Shown here: positions 61,947-64,000 of the stretch, one piece after another
Layout: every line of letters starts with the position of its first letter
How positions within the stretch are numbered: position 1 is the first letter of the stretch
NCBI GenBank assembly: GCA_965219415.1
Contig: CBDCNP010000002.1
Span: forward strand, 1,376,001 to 1,440,000
Origin: Candidatus Marinacidobacterales bacterium
GTDB lineage: Bacteria; Acidobacteriota; Vicinamibacteria; Marinacidobacterales; DATDRI01
Direction: 5' to 3'
Length of the DNA: 64,000 nt
Notes under the pieces: model-generated
What the model was told of the DNA's origin: nothing
Databases searched by the model: none
Seen by the model: the letters and a program-made list of their open reading frames with translations, nothing else
Position numbers and translations under genes: made by a program

Positions 61947-63009
61947 TCACGATCCGATAGAACCTTCCATTTCGCCCACCAAACGACTCGCAAGGCGTTG
62001 GAGACTATGCTCTCGTCTCACCCTCTCAGAGAGTAGGTCCTGGTCCTCCTGGAGAACACTTCTCGCGCACTCCATCAACGACCTCAGCCGTGCGCGAACA
62101 CTCTCTACGCTGACGTCCTCGAGAAAAGTCCTCTCCAAGGTTCCCGCTAACAGATCTCTAAACGCCTCATTGCCGGTGAGAACCGTGCAGCCCACGGCCA
62201 GGGCTTCCAGGACCCCTTTATCCAGCGACCCAGTATCCGAAAGGTTGATGAACGCATCCGCTTGGCCGAGCAACCTCGGCATATCTCCGTGGGGTACCGC
62301 ACCATGCACTCGTACCCGGCCCCCAAAGGAGCGCGCCAGCTCGAGGACTCGGCCCTCGTAGGGCCGCTGCGAGTCAAGTGGAACGCCGCCGGCTAAATGC
62401 AGGGTCCAATCTCCTTCGAGGCCGGTGAGGGCTTCCAGAAGCACGTCGACCCCTCTTCACAGGCGACAGGCGCGACGCGGACAGCAACCGCAACGGCCCC
62501 TCTCGACCTTCAACCAGGTTCGGACGCCGAGAGAACCGCTCCATATCGATGCCGTGTCCCATTACTCTTTTCTTGAGGGAAGCCAAGCGGAACGAGGCGT
62601 CGCTGGCGGTGAAGCACAAGCGGGAGCACTTCTCCGCCAGTCTCAGCATCGCCGGGACGTGTCGGTGGGTGTACCAGGTGAATATGGGAACCCTTCCGAC
62701 GAACGCGAAGGGTGCGGAGATCACGGAGTACACCGGTGCCATGTGCGCTAGGACCGCATCGACTTTCCCACCGAGAATTTCTCGGCCTAAGTGACTCGCT
62801 AAGCGAAGCGTTTGCACCGGCTTCGAGGCCCGGTCCTCTTTGCCCAAGCTAATCACTCGAACGTTCTCGCCGATATCGAAAGACCGTGTTTCCAATGAGA
62901 CCACGACTAGCTCGTCCACCTCCCGGGAAAGCGCGCGTGCCCACTGGACGATGAACCCAAGGTTGGCATCATCTGGATCCAGCATTTGCACGAAAAAAAG
63001 CAATCGCAT
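61947..63009 (-). pseudogene. Glycosyltransferase family 4 (GT-B), frameshift near 62455
   Basis: GHGID, SRLSPVK, then INLSDTGSLDKGVLEALAVG in the next frame. Confidence 0.85.
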
Positions 63010-63018
63010 GGTTCGTGC

Positions 63019-64000
63019 CTATGCCGCGACGTCCTTCTTTGTTGGGCTCGAGGACTTTCTCGTCACGCGATCAGGGCTGCGGCGCACGCGTCTCAACCGG
63101 TAGCGTAGCTCTTGAAGAAGACTCTCATGATGGCATTCGATGACCTTGGGCTTCACATGTACGTTGTCCGGCACGAAGGGATTCCCCCTCCAGGTCTGAA
63201 CGATCTCGTAGCTCGGAAAGTACATCACTTCGTCCGGCCGCGACTGAACAAAGCGAGAGATGGCCACCCGGAGCATCGACTTGTTGAGGAGGGAACGCAC
63301 AACGACATTTTCATCATAGAAGGTAGCCACCGATGGCACCGGGGATAGAGTCAGAAGGAGGCGGATCCGGGGACTAAATTTCTTCAGGAGCCTATGAAAG
63401 TTCTCCAGATAGCTCACGTTGTCCTCGACCGACAACTGCACGAGACGCGCCTCACCCGAGTCCACCAGCGGTGACGGTGGTCGTCGAGCATAGAAATGCC
63501 CGCTCGATTTGCTTTGCCAAAGCTCGTTCTGACCTACCGTCAGGATGAACAACTCGCATTGCTCGATGGCGGCTCTTGAAGCGGAGATATGCGCTCGAAC
63601 GTCTGTTTCGGCCTCTTCCAAGCCGCGGTACACGATCTTGTTCCTCCAGAGGTCAAAGTATTGCCCCTTGTACGGGTAGATTCTTTCCGGATGGAGCTCA
63701 CTGGAATCCGTGTAATCCAGGATCTGACTCGCGTTGGCACTCGCGTAGACTCGCTCCCAGGCGCAGGATGCATGCTGGCTCCAAGCGTTGTTCTCGGTCT
63801 GGACGTAGTTGTAGCCCCTATCGACGAGGTGCAGCTTGATCTCACGGGCAAAACAAGATCCCATGGATCCGACCGGCGTTTGCTTCTTCAAGATGAAGTC
63901 TTGCCGAGTGGGCGTCGAGAGAAACTCGGGCGTTAGTTTCGACCCTTCTGGATAAATCTGGTGAGTTCGGAGCGGCAGTGCATCCAGCGCTCCGCGTCGG
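63019..64000 (-). CDS. GSCFA domain protein (partial, starts beyond the right edge)
   Basis: SMGSCFA, LTVGQNELW, LTLSPVP, NKSMLR, YFPSYE, DNVHV. The frame is open to the edge. A probable indel near 63135 would put the true stop at 63093. Confidence 0.85.
   Translation of the reverse strand, partial: RRGALDALPLRTHQIYPEGSKLTPEFLSTPTRQDFILKKQTPVGSMGSCFAREIKLHLVDRGYNYVQTENNAWSQHASCAWERVYASANASQILDYTDSSELHPERIYPYKGQYFDLWRNKIVYRGLEEAETDVRAHISASRAAIEQCELFILTVGQNELWQSKSSGHFYARRPPSPLVDSGEARLVQLSVEDNVSYLENFHRLLKKFSPRIRLLLTLSPVPSVATFYDENVVVRSLLNKSMLRVAISRFVQSRPDEVMYFPSYEIVQTWRGNPFVPDNVHVKPKVIECHHESLLQELRYRLRRVRRSPDRVTRKSSSPTKKDVAA

Noticed and set aside
1-64000. CRISPR array, prophage or defence system
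   Set aside because: No regularly spaced repeats and no cas, phage structural or recognisable defence genes. The ParB-like gene has no ParA or partner nuclease nearby.

Overview
High-GC bacterial chromosomal window in standard code 11. Gene content resembles Acidobacteriota (Vicinamibacteria-like), but that is inference only. It holds about 55 protein genes and no rRNA, tRNA or CRISPR. Housekeeping and transport genes: tesA-ybbA-ybbP, arsC, modABC, pxpA-pxpBC, ispG, aminotransferase, hom, gltA, CoA-transferase, MFS, 3-hydroxyacyl-CoA dehydrogenase and fdhD. Mobile DNA: one intact IS3 with a 4-bp target duplication, 5'-truncated IS256 and IS1595 copies, and recombinase/IS91-like debris. Many genes carry frameshifts, nonsense codons or deletion junctions, from sequence error or decay. 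The most notable signals are: (1) an unannotated exported selenoprotein (WASW-U-AGC) with a SECIS-like hairpin, fused to a TPR and a DsbD-alpha-like dithiol domain; (2) five sulfatase-fold lipoproteins, four of them in a tandem array; four carry T-x-P-x-H instead of the FGly motif C/S-x-P-x-R and one has lost that segment; (3) next to the array, a roughly 1,570-aa surface protein in which discoidin/CBM32 domains are inserted inside alternate Fn3 repeats, followed by glycosyltransferase and GSCFA genes.
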